A DNA stretch of 64,000 bases, from positions 1,054,001-1,118,000 of the forward strand of contig JAWMAR010000531.1 of assembly GCA_036785375.1 (NCBI GenBank). The letters run 5' to 3'. Positions 22,381 to 36,825 of this stretch are shown one piece after another (position 1 is the stretch's first letter; each line of letters starts with the position of its first letter). A model generated the notes under the pieces. That model ran no database searches. It saw only the letters and a program-made list of their open reading frames with translations, and had not been told where the DNA came from. The stretch is from Leucoraja ocellata. Taxonomy: Eukaryota. The position numbers were made by a program, and so were the translations under genes.

Positions 22381-23790
22381 ATAACGATAGAGAAGGTGAA
22401 CCAATATTCAAATAAGCATAACTCTGTCCGTTTGTAATGCAATGTAATTGCAATGTATTTAGTATACGCAAACAGTGTCTTCGTAATTCATTGTTACTTG
22501 CAGCGAGTGAACATATAGAATGTGGCAAGTGTCAAATAAAGCGGATTATTTTGCTGTGAATTAAGTTCAATTACTTGATTGCTGTCGGAGCTGCACACAT
22601 CTAGGTAAACTGAAAGCATTTCAGAAATACTAAGCAGTATTAAAAAAAATCGGAAACAAAGCTTGAGACATTGATGCCTCTGCTTGGCTTGTTTACAAGT
22701 CACCGATCTGAGGACTTTATAGTTTTCACTGTACGGGCACATTCGTGGAAAGGACCGCTCTCTTTTGATTGATTGTCAGCCGAATTGTAAGAGTCCAAAT
22801 AAGAAAATGCTGATATTTATCTGTTCTTTAGGCAGTAGTTTCTTGTTGATATGCTTTAGCATTGATTCACACGGTGCTGTAGCAATCCACAATATGAAAA
22901 GAGGCTTTCGCTATAAATAGAGCGATTGGTTCGCAGTAAGAAATGTGCGCGCGTCATATCAAGCAACGCTGTTCACATCTAAATATAATTCCATATATCG
23001 AATGAAGGTTGACAGAATCAATACCATGGCAATCCAAACACCTACAGACTCACTTCACCTTTTTATCGGATAAAGCTACCTTGGCGATGAAATATATTTT
23101 TCAATTCCTTCTCAATTTCACGAGCAATGTCAGTGAACCTGAACTAACCTTGGGTGCTACGAGCAAACATGGTTTCCAAAAATAACTCAAAACTCTTTGC
23201 ATTGGTTTTGACAGTGACTTGCGTAAATGGCACAGTGAGATCAGATTAATCAGCACTGAAAACGATAAATTACCTCCATGAATATTATTTATTGTAACAC
23301 ACACTCTCTGCAACCACACAGAAAATGATTCAAACTAAATGCAAACCCAGAATTGAATGTCCCGTTTCAAATAACACAAAATCTCCAGTTGTAGGAAGGA
23401 ACTGCAGATGCTGGTTTACACCGAAGATAAGCACACATTGCTGGATTTAAGATGGAATAGGTGACGTTTCGGGTAGCGACCCTTCTTCATACTGAGAGTC
23501 ACGGGAGAGGGAAACTAGAGATATCAAAACAGAATATCTAACGTGCATGGAAATATATTAAATTGTACCGAGATACATAATTGGAAACTAAATCCTTATC
23601 TGCCTAACATTTCGGAAATAATTTGACATAGGAACAATCTGGCAACATTTGATTGGCGCAGCGTCCATTCTGATTTGAGTGTTTTGCATAATTATGGAAG
23701 GCAGTGACGCCTCGCAACAGGGTTCATAAGCGACCTGGAGAGACACCTGATCAACCACTTCATCTGGCGCCCTCCACCAAAATAATTACA

Positions 23791-23839
23791 ATGTCTTGCT
23801 GGATGTCACTGGTTTGTGCGTTAGCATTTTCCGCAGCAT
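23791..23839 (+). CDS. IgL cluster 3 exon 1, leader
   Basis: MSCWMSLVCALAFSAA + GTGAGT donor. Confidence 0.85.
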
Positions 23840-23963
23840 GTGAGTATTTTGCTTCCAAAGTTATTTATTCTGGAGTGCGATTAAACGTTTAGATAGCTGA
23901 CACTTCTGCTGTTTCGCTAATATCTTGGTTAATGTTGTACTTTTTTTTTGGTTTGTTTTCCAG

Positions 23964-24308
23964 GCATAAATGCGCAAATTACACTAAATCAGCCGCCTTC
24001 AAAATCCACGTCTCCGGGGCAAAACGCGCTAATTTCCTGTATCTTGACTGGCGGCAGTTTAGGTAGTTATTATGTTTCCTGGTACCAGCAGATTCCCGGA
24101 GCGGTTCCGCGGTTTCTGTTCTACTATAACTCGGGCAACAGCATTGTTAGAGGTTCGGGAGTTTCTGACCGTTTCGCGGGATCAGTGTCAGGCAACACTG
24201 CAACATTGACAATAGCGAATGTGCAGTTGGGGGACGCTGCGGACTACTACTGTGTTGTGTGGATAAATGCTTTCATCTTCGGCAAAGGAACGAGGCTGGG
24301 TATTGGCG
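23964..24308 (+). CDS. IgL cluster 3 exon 2, germline-joined VJ
   Basis: Intact V domain ending YYCVVWINAFIFGKGTRL; canonical splice sites. Confidence 0.93.
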
Positions 24309-26236
24309 GTAAGTAAACTATCTTCTACCTATGGGTTATTGATACTGCTGTGAAAAATAATTAGTTTTTTGTCGCTAATTGATGTTTCCAATTAAAGGCT
24401 TTTAAAGCTGATTTTTTAAATAATACGCGAGCAAGATCGAATCTCCTTTGGCAAATTGGTTGACAACAGCAATGAAAGGACGAAATGACTGTCCAGCTGT
24501 TTTTTTTACTCTTAATTACTTTTCGGACGATGAGCTAATATTGACCAAGCCAGGGTACTAATAAACCGACCGTATGGAAACGGGAATTAACATTAGAGTG
24601 ACAAGGAACTGTAGATGCTGATTTGCAAAATAAAACCCCCCAAAAAAGCAGAGGAGTGCCTCAGTGGGTCAGGCAGCATCTCTGGTGAACATAGATTGGC
24701 GATGACCCGAAACGCCTCATTCATCTTCTCCAGAGAAGCTCCCGAATCCATCACGTTGTGCATCTTTCGGGAAATTATTTCTTGCCTTTAATGGCGCCTA
24801 GAATTCTAATGGAAAACGCACCTTCAATAATAGCTCATTTTCTGTTGATATTCCATCACGAAATGTAAAATGTGGGGATTCTGCGGATCACTAGACCATG
24901 ATAGACTTTTCCCAAAATCGTGAACATGGAGAAATGTGGATTCTTGAAAATTATTGGTTCTCATCCAAAAATCGGCACGGTGGCGCAGCGGTTTAGCGCT
25001 GTAACCCAGTCGGTTCCATCCCGACTACGGGTGCTGTCCGCACGGAGTTTGTTCGTTCTCCCCGTGACTGCATGTGGTACAAATAAATTAAATCCTATTT
25101 CGAGAGGACTAACTGCCACATTTATCCTTGTCCTCTTTTATACTTTTAAAACTGCTTAAATATTGCTAGTATACTTTTTTTGTAAGAGCTGAAGATTGTC
25201 ATGGCCAATATTTAGCCGGGATAAACATCGGACGCAAACAATAACGCGGTGCGAGGTGTAGTGCAGCGACATTGGATTTGAAATCATCCATCGTTATGAA
25301 TCTATGGTGTTGTTTTTAATTTTTATGCTTTAAAATCTTTGCTTAATTGTATCTCCCGGACATATTCAAAGTCAATGTCTGCTGCCAATGATTTACTGCT
25401 AATGCGATATTGAATTCATTTCGTGATTTTGAAATTCCGGTACTTATGAGTTTTGTTGCCAGATGTAATTGTCATTACACTTAGAGCATGCGGATTCTGG
25501 AATCAATGGGACAGCGATTATTTCAATTTTACACGAAAAATAACTGAAAATGTGAAAGCAATTTGCGCATTGAATTTCCCAACCATATCAGTAATCAGCA
25601 AGTGATTACAGTCGATTTACTCTTTTTGCCATTGAGTGTACGGAGTGAGATTCGATGATCAAATTCAGAAATTGAGCTAATTTTTTACTTCAAAAAGAAG
25701 ACACAACATAAACGTAAACCATGTCCAAAATCAATTAAAATATGCGGGAACTAGTCTATGCATCGATGGGTTAAATGGCAAATTATTCGTGTCTCTTTTA
25801 TCGAATCCTTCATGACACTTCGTTCTTTGGCCTTAATAAATGAAAGTATCCAAATAAGACATGTTTTAAGCGAGTTCAGTTGAAATTGGCACAATAGTTC
25901 CATAATTTATTAAATCCTGCAAATGGCTGTCGGGTCCAACACACGATTTTTAGTTCAACTGGGGCCAATGGAAATAATACTCTGGAGATCAATTAAAAAC
26001 ACTGACGAAATCATTTATGTTTAACCACAAAATAGAACGTATCCCATTGTCATAAATACCAATTTATCTTCGGCGATCACACATGTAAAATATCTCACGT
26101 GCGCAATTGAACAATTTGAAACAAGTAGAGGAAAAATGTTTATTCATTAAAATGAATGGATCCATGGTATTTTTAATTATGTTTTAACCAAAGCAGTTCT
26201 TCAACCTCCACTAATCTGTGATATTATTTTAAACAG

Positions 26237-26559
26237 CACCTCGCGCCCCCGCAATGTCCGTCCTCGGACCTTCAGCGGAAGAAATCAAGGGAAAGGGCAC
26301 GGCCACCCTGCTGTGTTTGGTGAGCGGGTTTAATCCGGGTGCAGTGGACATTGAGTGGACCGTGGAAGGCAGTACGAGAAGTGACGGCGTTGAGACCAGC
26401 CCAATCCAGCAGGAGAAGGACAACACGTTCAGTGCGAGCAGTTACCTGACTCTGCCAGTCACAGTCTGGAACTCAAACAATCTTTACTCTTGTGTGGTTA
26501 AACACGAAACCCAGGCAATCCCGTTTGAGGCAGACATCACCAGAACCGGCTGTATCTAA
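26237..26559 (+). CDS. IgL cluster 3 exon 3, constant region
   Basis: Intact C1-set domain, TGCI stop; AATAAA at 26862. Confidence 0.93.
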
Positions 26560-27193
26560 AACTCCTCAATTCCACCTAATGGAGCTGAAGTGATATATTT
26601 TGATCATTCTTTCTTTCTTTATTTGTGAGAAATTGGTCTGGGCATATTGTTTGTTTTTCGACCAGTCTTTGCGTTTAAAGTCGTCGTTTGTCTTGCCAAT
26701 TGTGAACGCCATTCCATTAAAGCAATCAAATAGTTAATTGAACCTCCTGTGTTATTCAATCTCAGCTGATGCATCTTCAAATATACATTAATATTCAGTG
26801 GTCCGAAGTTTGTATTCTGGATGTTTGCTTAATGCTATCATAAATTCAAACACGACTGTCAAATAAAATCAATAGTCCATTATTAAGAGCAATACATTTC
26901 CGTGACTATTATTTATGGTTTTTGACCGAAGAGACGAAACAGCGATTTAGGTTGTCGAAAGTTATATAAAACCGGTGACTTTAAGTTGGTTCACTTTATC
27001 CAGCGCTCGCCCATAGGTAGCAGAAACACACACACACACGTTCATATGGAATCTCATTCGAGTGAGGGCGGCTGAACATCATATACCGGCCTACTAATCA
27101 ATTAGGAATCTATGTCGAACATGATGCTAAAACTAAAGAAACATCTCCGACACCTCCCTCCCGTTTCCTGATCTCAATCTCTATCACAGGAGA

Positions 27194-28171
27194 GAGAATT
27201 ATTTGGATGAGGGAATTGAATGCAAAATCTCCAAGTTTGCGGATGACACGAAGCTGGGGGGCAGTGTTAGCTGTGAGGAGGATGCTAGGAGGCTGTAAGG
27301 TGACTTGGATAGGCTGGGTGAGTGGGCAAATGCATGGCAGATGCAGTATAATGTGGATAAATGTGAGGTTATCCACTTTGGTGGCAAAACAGGAAAGAAA
27401 ACTATTATCTGAATGGTGGCCGATTAGGAAAAGGGGAGATGCAACGAGATCTGGGTGTCATGGTACACCAGTCATTGAAAGTAGGCATGCAGGTGCAGCA
27501 GGCAGCTAAGAAAGCAAATGGTATGTTAGCATTCATAGCAAAAGGATTTGAGTATAAGAGCAGGGAGGTTCTACTGCAGTTGTACAGGGTCTTGGTGAGA
27601 CCACACCTGGAGTATTGCGGACAGTTTTGGTCTCCTAATCTGAGGAAAGACATTCTTGCCATAGAGGGAGTACAGAGAAGGCTCGCCAGACTAATTCCTG
27701 GGATGGCAGGACTTTCATATGAAGAAAGACTGGATAGACTCGGCTTGTACACGCTAGAATTTAGAAGATTGAGGGGGGATCTTATAGAAACTTACAAAAT
27801 TCTTAAGGGGTTGGACAAGCATGATGCAGGAAGATTATTCCCGATGTTGGAGAAGTCCAGAACTAGGGGGTCACAGTTTAAGGATAAGAGGGAAGTATTT
27901 TAGGACCGAGATGAGAAAATCATTTTTTACACTGAGAGTGGTGAATCTGTGGAATTCTCTGACACAAAAGGTAGTTGAGGCCAGTTCAATGGCTATATTG
28001 AGGGAGTTAGATGTGGCTCTTGTGGCTAAAGAGATCAGGGGGGTATGGAGAGACGGCAGGGATGGGATACTGAGATGGATTATAAGCCATGATCATAATG
28101 AATGAGGGTGCAGGTTCGAAGGGACGAATGGCCTACTCCTGCACCTATTTTCTATGTTTCTATGTTTCTAT
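27194..28171 (+). mobile_element. CR1-A copy in Penelope fragment
   Basis: Paralog of 16669-17645. Confidence 0.85.
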
Positions 28172-28963
28172 GAGATAGACCACCGACTGACGTGTATTAC
28201 AAACACACTGACTCCCATAACTATCTCGGATACACTACTTCCCACCCGGCTTCCTGCAAAGACTATCCCTCACTCCCAATTCGTCCGTCTGCACCGCATC
28301 TGCGCACAAGGTGAGGTGTCCCATACATGGACATCCGATATGTCCTCATTCTTTAGTGAACGGGAGTCCCCTTCCCCATCATAGATGATGCCCTCACTCG
28401 TGTCTCCTCAGTACCCGCAGCTCCGCCCTTGTTCCCCCCCCCCCCCCCCCCCCCCCCCAGTCGCAACAGAGACAGAGTTCCCCTGGTCCTTAAATTTAAC
28501 CCCATCAGACGTCGCATACACCACATAATCCTCCAACATTTTCGCCACCTCCAATGGGATCCCGACACTAGTCACATCTTTCCATCTCCACCCTTTTCCG
28601 CCTTCCACAGAGATCCTCAGCAACTCTCTGGGTAACTCATTCCTTCCCATCCAAATCACCGTCTCCTCCATTGGCAGAGTGAGGCGAAATGCAAATTGGA
28701 GGAACAGCATCTCATATTCGCTGGGCAGCCTACAGCCAAGTGGAATGAATGTTGATTTATCCAACAACAAGTGATCCTGACATTCCCTCTCTCTCTATCC
28801 CTCCCCCACCCAAGTCACACCAGTTCCTCGTCTTCACCCAATGATCAGCTAACAACGGGGTTAAGAAGGAGAGACAAATCAACCATGATTGAATGGTGAG
28901 TTGAAGATGGGTCGTGGCGTAATTCTACTATTCCTTACGACCTTATGACCTTATCACTGGTCC

Positions 28964-30028
28964 GCGCGGTAGGGATTAACGGGCCCCTTTCAGGCTGGCA
29001 GGAAGTGACGAGTGGGGTGCCGCGAGGCTCGGTGCTGGGACCGCAGCTATTTACAATATATGTTAATGATTTAGATGGAGGGATTAAAAGTAACATTAGC
29101 AAATTGCAGATGATACAAAGCTGGGTGGCAGTGTGAAATGTGAAGTGGATGTTCTGAGAATGCAGCGTGACGTGGCCAGGTTGGGTGAGTGGGCAGATGC
29201 ATGGCAGATGCGGTTTAATGTGAATAAATGTGAGGTTACCCAATTAGGTAGCAAAAACAGAAAGAAAGATTATTATCTAAATGGTGTCAATTTGGGAAAG
29301 GGGAAGTACTACGGGATCTGGGGGGTCTTTGTTCATCAATCAATGAAAGCAAGCATGCAGGTACAGAAGGCAGTGAAGGAAGCGAATGGCATGGTGGCCT
29401 TCATAACAAGAGGAGTTGAGTAAAGGAGCAAAGATTTCCTTCTGCAGTTGTACAAGGCTGTAGTGAGACCACACCTGGAGGATTGTGTGCAGTTTTGATC
29501 TTCAAATTTGAGGAAGGACATTCTTGTTATTGAGGGAGTGCAGCGTAGGCTCACAAGGTTAATTCCAGGGATGGCGCGACTGTCATCTGCTGAGAGAATG
29601 GAGCGGCTGGGCTTGTCTACTCTGGAATTTAGAAGGATGAGAGGATATCTTATTGAGACATATAGGATTATTAAGGGTTTGCACACGCTAGAGGCAGGAA
29701 ATATGTTCCCGATGTTGGGGAGTCCAGAACCAGGGGCCACAGTTTAAGAATAAGGGGTAAGCAATTTAGAAAGGAGATGGGGAAACACTTTTTCACACTG
29801 AGAGTTGCGAGTCTGTGGAATTCTCTGCCTCAGGTGGAGGCCGCTTCTCTGGAAACTTTCAAGAAATTGCTCGATAGGGCTTTTGAAGATAGCGGAGTCA
29901 GGGGGGATATGGGGAGAAGGCAGAAACAGGGTACTGATTGTGGATGATCATCCATGATCACATTGAATGGCCGTGCTGGCTTGAAGGGCCGTGTGGCCTA
30001 CGCCTGCACCTATTGTCTATTGTCTATT
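28964..30028 (+). mobile_element. CR1-B copy
   Basis: Paralog of 18428-19556, without the 96-bp insertion. Confidence 0.85.
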
Positions 30029-32782
30029 ACACAGCCATGCCTATCGCTAACTAGCTCATTCTCCTTCAAATGGGAGTAAATCTCAATGAATTATCTCCAA
30101 TAGTTTCCTACCACTGACGTGCGTCTCTCCGGCCTCTATTTCCCTGGATTCTTTCTACGTCTCAATCAACAAAGGAACAACTGGTCATTTCCCAGTCCTC
30201 TATATGCTCGCCTCTGGCAAGAGAAGAAGCAAATATTCTCAAGACCCCTGGAATCACCTCTCGCCTCCCTCAATAAACTGGGATAGATACCAACGGGTGC
30301 AGGGGACCTATCCAACTCAATGTTCCTCAAAAGCCTCACTGCCGCTCTTTTCAACCTCAAGCCCCAGCATATGTGCCCTAGCATATTAGTTTTCTCCACA
30401 CTGATCTCACCGTCATCCACGTCTTTCTCCTTGGTGAATACAGATGCAGAACGCACTCGTTTAACAATTCCGCTACATCCTTTATCCTTGATCAGACCTA
30501 CCGTATCCTTACACCCTTCTTGTTTTTTAACATATGTATAAAAATCCGCAGTATTTTCCTTAACTCAACAAATCAGTTACATTTCGTGACCAGTTTGGCC
30601 CGACTAATCACCCAGTTGAGCTCTTTGCTACTCATCATTCCTCATAATCCCCGTATGATGGCACTTTGTTAAATCTGACATACGCTTCAGTTTTGTTTCT
30701 GAAAAGGTGGATAACCTCCGTGGTCATTCACGGATCCCTTACCATGCCATCGTTATCCATCCTCCTTACTGGAACGTGCTGATCCTGTACTTGGTTAAAT
30801 AACTCCCATATATTAGTTGTGGACATACTCAATAACAACTGCAACCAAGCTCCTGCCTAATGACATCTTAATCTGTTTTGCTTCTGCCAACATCCACACC
30901 AAATCTTTATTCAAACCTTATTCAAAACCTTGTAATGTTGAGGTCACTATCCCCAAGTGCTCTTCCAGCATACCACCAGTCACGTGGCCAAGCACATTTC
31001 CCAACACAAGCTCCAGTATCGTCCCTCCTGGATTCAGACTATCCATACACCGTTTAAAGCAAATTTATTGGATATACTTCATAAATTCTGTCTCATTTAA
31101 CCCCCTTGCACTGAACAAAATACAGTCAATACTGGGGAAGTTAACGATACCCACTACAGCAACACTGTAGTCCATGCATCTGTATGCATATCCGATCCAT
31201 CTATTAGATTCGATTAGATTAGATTAGACCTAATCTAATAGATGGACGGATGGATCTCCCGCTGATTATTGGGTGTCCCATAATATAATCCCATTAGAGA
31301 GACTGGTCCTTTCTTATTTTTAAGCACAACCCACATGTCTCAATAGATGTACCCTCCAGTACGTCCCCTCTGAGTTCCGCCATCCCAAATATCGAAGCCC
31401 TGATACATGTCTCTCCCATAAGAAGGTTTTCATAATGGCCACGACATTATTATTCCAAGCACTGATATCGACTATCTACGTTCATTTAACTTCATCCACA
31501 ATACTCCTTGCATTGAAGTAAACATGTCATCCCTTAATTGCCCCATAATCATGAACCAATCCCTGCCCATCTTTCCTTTGAGACTTACTTGTTATAACCT
31601 CCACTTTCCCATCATCCTTCCCACTTGCAGACTTGCTCCTTTCGTTCCCATTCTCTGTCCATTGTAGCTTAAATTCTCCAGATTAGTATGAGCAAACCTC
31701 ACTGAAAGGATTCTGGAGCCCCTTCAGTTCAAATGCAACGTGTCCCTCTTGTGCAGGTTGCCTTTGCGATAACAGAAATCTCAATGGTCTACAATTCTAA
31801 TCATTTCCCCTGCACCAACCCCTCAGCCATGCATTCATGTGCCCCATCCTCCTATTGCTACCCTCAATAACACGTGGCGACTGTAGTAATCTAGAGATTA
31901 CCGCCCTGCGGGTGGTAATTTAAACCTTTTAACTAATTCCCATTAGACACTCCGCAGGACCTCATTGCTCTTCGGTATATTTTGCTGATCTACTTATATT
32001 CACCCCAGAGGACCCCGTCCATTTTCCTAACTCTTTTCCCATCTCTTTATACTGACTTTATAGGACCTCATCCAGTTTCCTACATATCATTTGTGCGGAC
32101 ATGCACAACGACTTCTGTCTGTTCACCCACCAGGTCGAAAATGCTCTGCAGTCGTTCCAGGACATTCTAGATCCTTGCACCAGAGAGGCAACAGTCCGTC
32201 CACGAGGCCTACTTGCTCCTGTCTGTCCCCCGCACTAATATGGTTTATCACAATCACTGCCTGACTTCACACCGCTGCACATCAGAGACAGGCCCAGTGC
32301 CACAGACCTGACTACTGCTGCTGTCCCCTGAACGGTTACCCCCTCAACTGAAACAAACGAACATAGCTGTTTTGCAGGGGGAAGCCTACAGGGGACTCCT
32401 GAACCCTCTGCCTACTCCCTTTGCTGCTGGTCACTCTTCTATTCTTTGTCCGCACTACACGTGTGAGCACCTCACTATGACTTCTAACTATGACTTGCTC
32501 ACTCTCTGGACGAACACGAGGTCATCCAATTGCAACTGCAGATCACTAACAGGGTCTTTCAGGAGCTGCACCTCGACACACCTCCTGCAGATGTAATGTT
32601 CAGAGACGCTACGTCTTCTTCAGTTCCAACACCCCACAGGCTGAGCACACTAGCCTCCGTCTCTATGACACCAAGACCAGGTTGTGCTGCAAAGCAAACA
32701 TAAAGTGACAGATCAAACCGTATCCTAAGGTAACCCTCACAGGAGCCTCTTGAGCTTAAGCCTCAATAAACCAATCTTACTA
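30029..32782 (-). mobile_element. CR1-C copy, 5' end clipped by a ~375-bp deletion
   Basis: Paralog of 19557-22380. Confidence 0.75.
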
Positions 32783-34060
32783 TTGATGCCTCTGCTTGGC
32801 TTGTTTACAAGTCACCGATCTGAGGACTTTATAGGTGAGAGTTTTCACTGTACGGGCACATTCGTGGAAAGGACCGCTCTCTTTTGATTAATTGTCAGCC
32901 GAATTGTAAGAGTCCAAATAAGAAAATGCTGATATTTTTCGGTTCTTTAGGCTGTATTTTCTTGTTGATATGCTTTAGCATTGATTCACACGGTGCTGTA
33001 GCAATCCACAATATGAAAAGAGGCTTTCGCTATAAATAGAGCGTTTGGTTCGCAGTAAGAAATGTGCGCACGTCATATCAAGCAACGCTGTTGACATCTA
33101 AATATAATTCCATATATCGAATGAAGGTTGACAGAATTCATACCATGACAATCCAAACACCTACAGACTCACTTCACCTTTTTAACGGATAAAGCTACCT
33201 TGGCGATGAAATATATTTTTCAATTTCCTTCTCAATTTCACGTGCAATGTCAGTGAACCTGAACTAACCTTGGGTGCTACGAGCAAACATGGTTTCCAAA
33301 AATAACTCAAAAATCTTTGCATTGGTTTTGACAGTGACTTGCGTAGACAGTAAGTTGGCCAGAATTGGCACCGAGATTTAAACAATCATAAATAATTTGC
33401 AGTCAATTGCAAATTCGCTTTCAAACATCTCGTAGTCGCTATCTTCATCATAATATTCGCCAGTATCAAATACAATGTGCAATCCCGTGCAGTAGGATGG
33501 CACAGTGAGATCAGATTAATCAGCACTGAAAATAATAAGTTACCTCCATGAATATAATTTATTTTAACACACACTCTCTGCAACAACACAGAAAATGATT
33601 CAAACTAAATGCAAAACCAGAATTGAATGTCCCGTTTCAAATAACAAAAAATCTCTAGTTGTAGGAAGGAACTGCAGGTGCTGGTCTACACCGAAGATAA
33701 GCACACATTGCTGGATTTTAGATGGAATAGGTAACGTTTCGGGTAGCGACCCTTCTTCATACTGAGAGTCACGGGAGAGGAAAACTAGAGATATTAAAAC
33801 AGAATATCTTACGTGCTTGGAAATATATAAAATTGTACCGAGATACATAATTGGAAACTAAATCCATATCTACCTAACATTTCGGAAATAATTTGACACA
33901 GGAACAATCTGGCAGCATTTGATTGGCGCAGCATCCATTCTGATTTGAGCGTTTTGCATAATTAATGAAGGCAGTGACGCCTCGCAACAGGGTTCATAAG
34001 CGACCTGGAGAGACACCTGATCAACCACTTCATCTGGCGCCCTCCACCAAAATAATTACA

Positions 34061-34109
34061 ATGTCTTGCTGGATGTCACTGGTTTGTGTGTTAGCATTGT
34101 CCGCAGCGT
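34061..34109 (+). CDS. IgL cluster 4 exon 1, leader
   Basis: MSCWMSLVCVLALSAA + GTGAGT donor. Confidence 0.85.
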
Positions 34110-34232
34110 GTGAGTATTTTACTTCCAATGTTATTTATTCTGGAGTGCGATTAAACGTTTAGATATCTGACACTTCTGCTGTTTCGCTAATATATTGGTA
34201 AATGTTGTATTTTTTTCTGGTTTGTTTTCCAG

Positions 34233-34577
34233 GCATAAATGCGCAAATTACACTAAATCAGCCATCTTCAAAATCCACGTCTCCGGGGCAAAACGCGCTA
34301 ATTTCCTGTATCTTGACTGGCGGCAGTTTAGGTAATAGTTATGTTTCCTGGTACCAGCAGATTCCCGGAGCGGTTCCGCGGTTTCTGTTCTACTATGACT
34401 CGGACAACAGCATTACTAGAGGTTCGGGAGTTTCTGACCGTTTCGCGGGATCAGTGTCAGGCAACACTGCAACATTGACAATAGCGAATGTGCAGTTGGG
34501 GGACGCTGCGGACTACTACTGTGCTGTGTGGAAAAATGCTTTAATCTTCGGCAAAGGAACGAGGCTGGGTATTGGCA
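34233..34577 (+). CDS. IgL cluster 4 exon 2, germline-joined VJ
   Basis: Intact V domain ending YYCAVWKNALIFGKGTRL; canonical splice sites. Confidence 0.93.
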
Positions 34578-36502
34578 GTAAGTAAACTATTTTCTACCTA
34601 TGGTTTATTGATACTGCTGTGAAAAATAATTAGTGTCGCTGATTGATGTTTCCAATAAAAAGCTTTTAAAGCCGATGTTTTTAACAATACCCGACCAAGA
34701 TCGAATATCCTTCGGCAAATTGGTTGACAACAGCAATGAATGGACGAAATGAATGTCCAGCTGTTTTTTTAATTCTTAATTACTATTCGGACGATGAGCT
34801 AACATTGACCAAGCCAGGGTACTAATAAAACCGACCGTATGGAAACGGGAATTAACGTTAGAGTGACAAGGAACTGCAGATGCTGATTTACAACAACAAA
34901 AAACACCCTAAAAAGCACTAGAGTGCCTCAGTGGTTCAGGCAGCATCTCTGGTGAACATAGATTGGTGACGACCCGAAACGCCTCATCCGTCTTCTCCAG
35001 AGAAGCTCCCGAATCCATCACGTTGTGCATCTTTCGGGAAATTATTTCTTGCCTTTAATGGCGCCTAGAATTCTAAAGGAAAACGCACCTTCAATAATAG
35101 CTCATTTTCTGTTGATATTCCATCACGAAATGTAAAATGTGGGGAATCTGCGGATCACTAGACCATGATAGACTTTTCCCAACATCGTGAACATGGAGAA
35201 ATGTGGATTCTTGAAAATTATTGGTTCTCATCCAAAAATCGGCACGGTGGCGCAGCGGTTTAGCGCTGTAACCCAGTCGGTTCCATCCCGACTACGGGTG
35301 CTGTCTGCACGGAGTTTGTTCGTTTTCCCCGTGACTGCATGTGGTACAAATAAATTAAATCCTATTTCGAGAGGACTAACTGCCACATTTATCCTTGTCC
35401 TCTTTTATACCTGTAAAACTGTTTGAATATTGCTAGTATACATTTTTTGTAAGTGCTGAAGATTGTCATGGTCAATATTTAGCCGGGATAAACATCGGAC
35501 GCAAACAATAACGCGGTGCGAGGTTTAGTGCAGCGACATTGGATTTGAAATCATCCATCGTTATGAATCTATGTTTTTGTTTTTAATTTTTATGCTTTAA
35601 AATCTTTGCTTAATTGTGTCACCCGGACATATTCAAAGTCAATGTCTGCTGCCTATGATTTACTGCTAATGCGATATTGAATTCATTTCGTGATTTTGAA
35701 ATTCCGGTACTTATGGGTTTTGTTGCCAGATGCAATTGTCATTACACTTAGAGCATGCGGATTCTGGAATCAATGGGACAGCGTTTATTACAATTTTACA
35801 CGAAAAATAACTGAAAATGTGAAAGCAATTTGCGCATTGAATTTCCCAACCATATCAGTAATCAGCAAGTGATTATAGTCGATTTACTCTTTTTGCCATT
35901 GAATGTACGGAGTGAGATTCGATGATCAAATTCAGAAATTGAGCTAATTTTTTACTTCAAAAAGAAATCACAACATAAACGTAAACCATGTCCAAAATCA
36001 ATTAAAAAATGCGGGAACTAGTCTATGCATCGATGGGTTAAATGCAAATTATTCGTGTCTCTTTTATCGAATCCTTCATGACACTTCGTTCTTTGGCCTT
36101 AATAAATGAAAGTATCCAAATAAGACATGTTTTAAGCGAGTTCAGTTGAAATTGGCACAATAGTTCCATAATTTATTAAATCCTGCAAATGGCTGTCAGG
36201 TCCAACACACGATTTTTATTTCAACTGGGGCCAATGGAAATAATACTCTGGAGATCAATTAAAAACACTGACGAAATAATTTATGTTTAACCACAAAATA
36301 GAACGTGTCCCATTGTCATAAATACCAATTAATCTTCGGCGATCACACATGAAAAATATCTCACGTGCGCAATTGAACAATTTGAAACAAGTAGAGGAAA
36401 AATGTTTATTCATTAAAATGAATGGATCCATGGTATTTTTAACTATGTTTTAACCGAAGCAGTTCTTCAACATCCACTAATCTGTGATATTATTTTAAAC
36501 AG

Positions 36503-36825
36503 CACCTCGCGCCCCCGCAATGTCCGTCCTCGGACCTTCAGCGGAAGAAATCAAGGGAAAGGGCACGGCCACCCTGGTGTGTTTGGTGAGCGGGTTTAAT
36601 CCGGGTGCAGTGGACATTGAGTGGACCGTGGAGGGCAGTGCGAGAAGTGACGGCGTTGAGACCAGCCCAATCCAGCAGGAGAAGGACAACACGTTCAGTG
36701 CGAGCAGTTACCTGACTCTGCCAGTCACTGTCTGGAACTCAAACAATCTTTACTCTTGTGTGGTTAAACATGAAACCCAGGCAATCCCGTTTGAGGCAGA
36801 CATCACCAGAACCGGCTGTATCTAA
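36503..36825 (+). CDS. IgL cluster 4 exon 3, constant region
   Basis: Intact C1-set domain; AATAAA at 37128. Confidence 0.93.
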
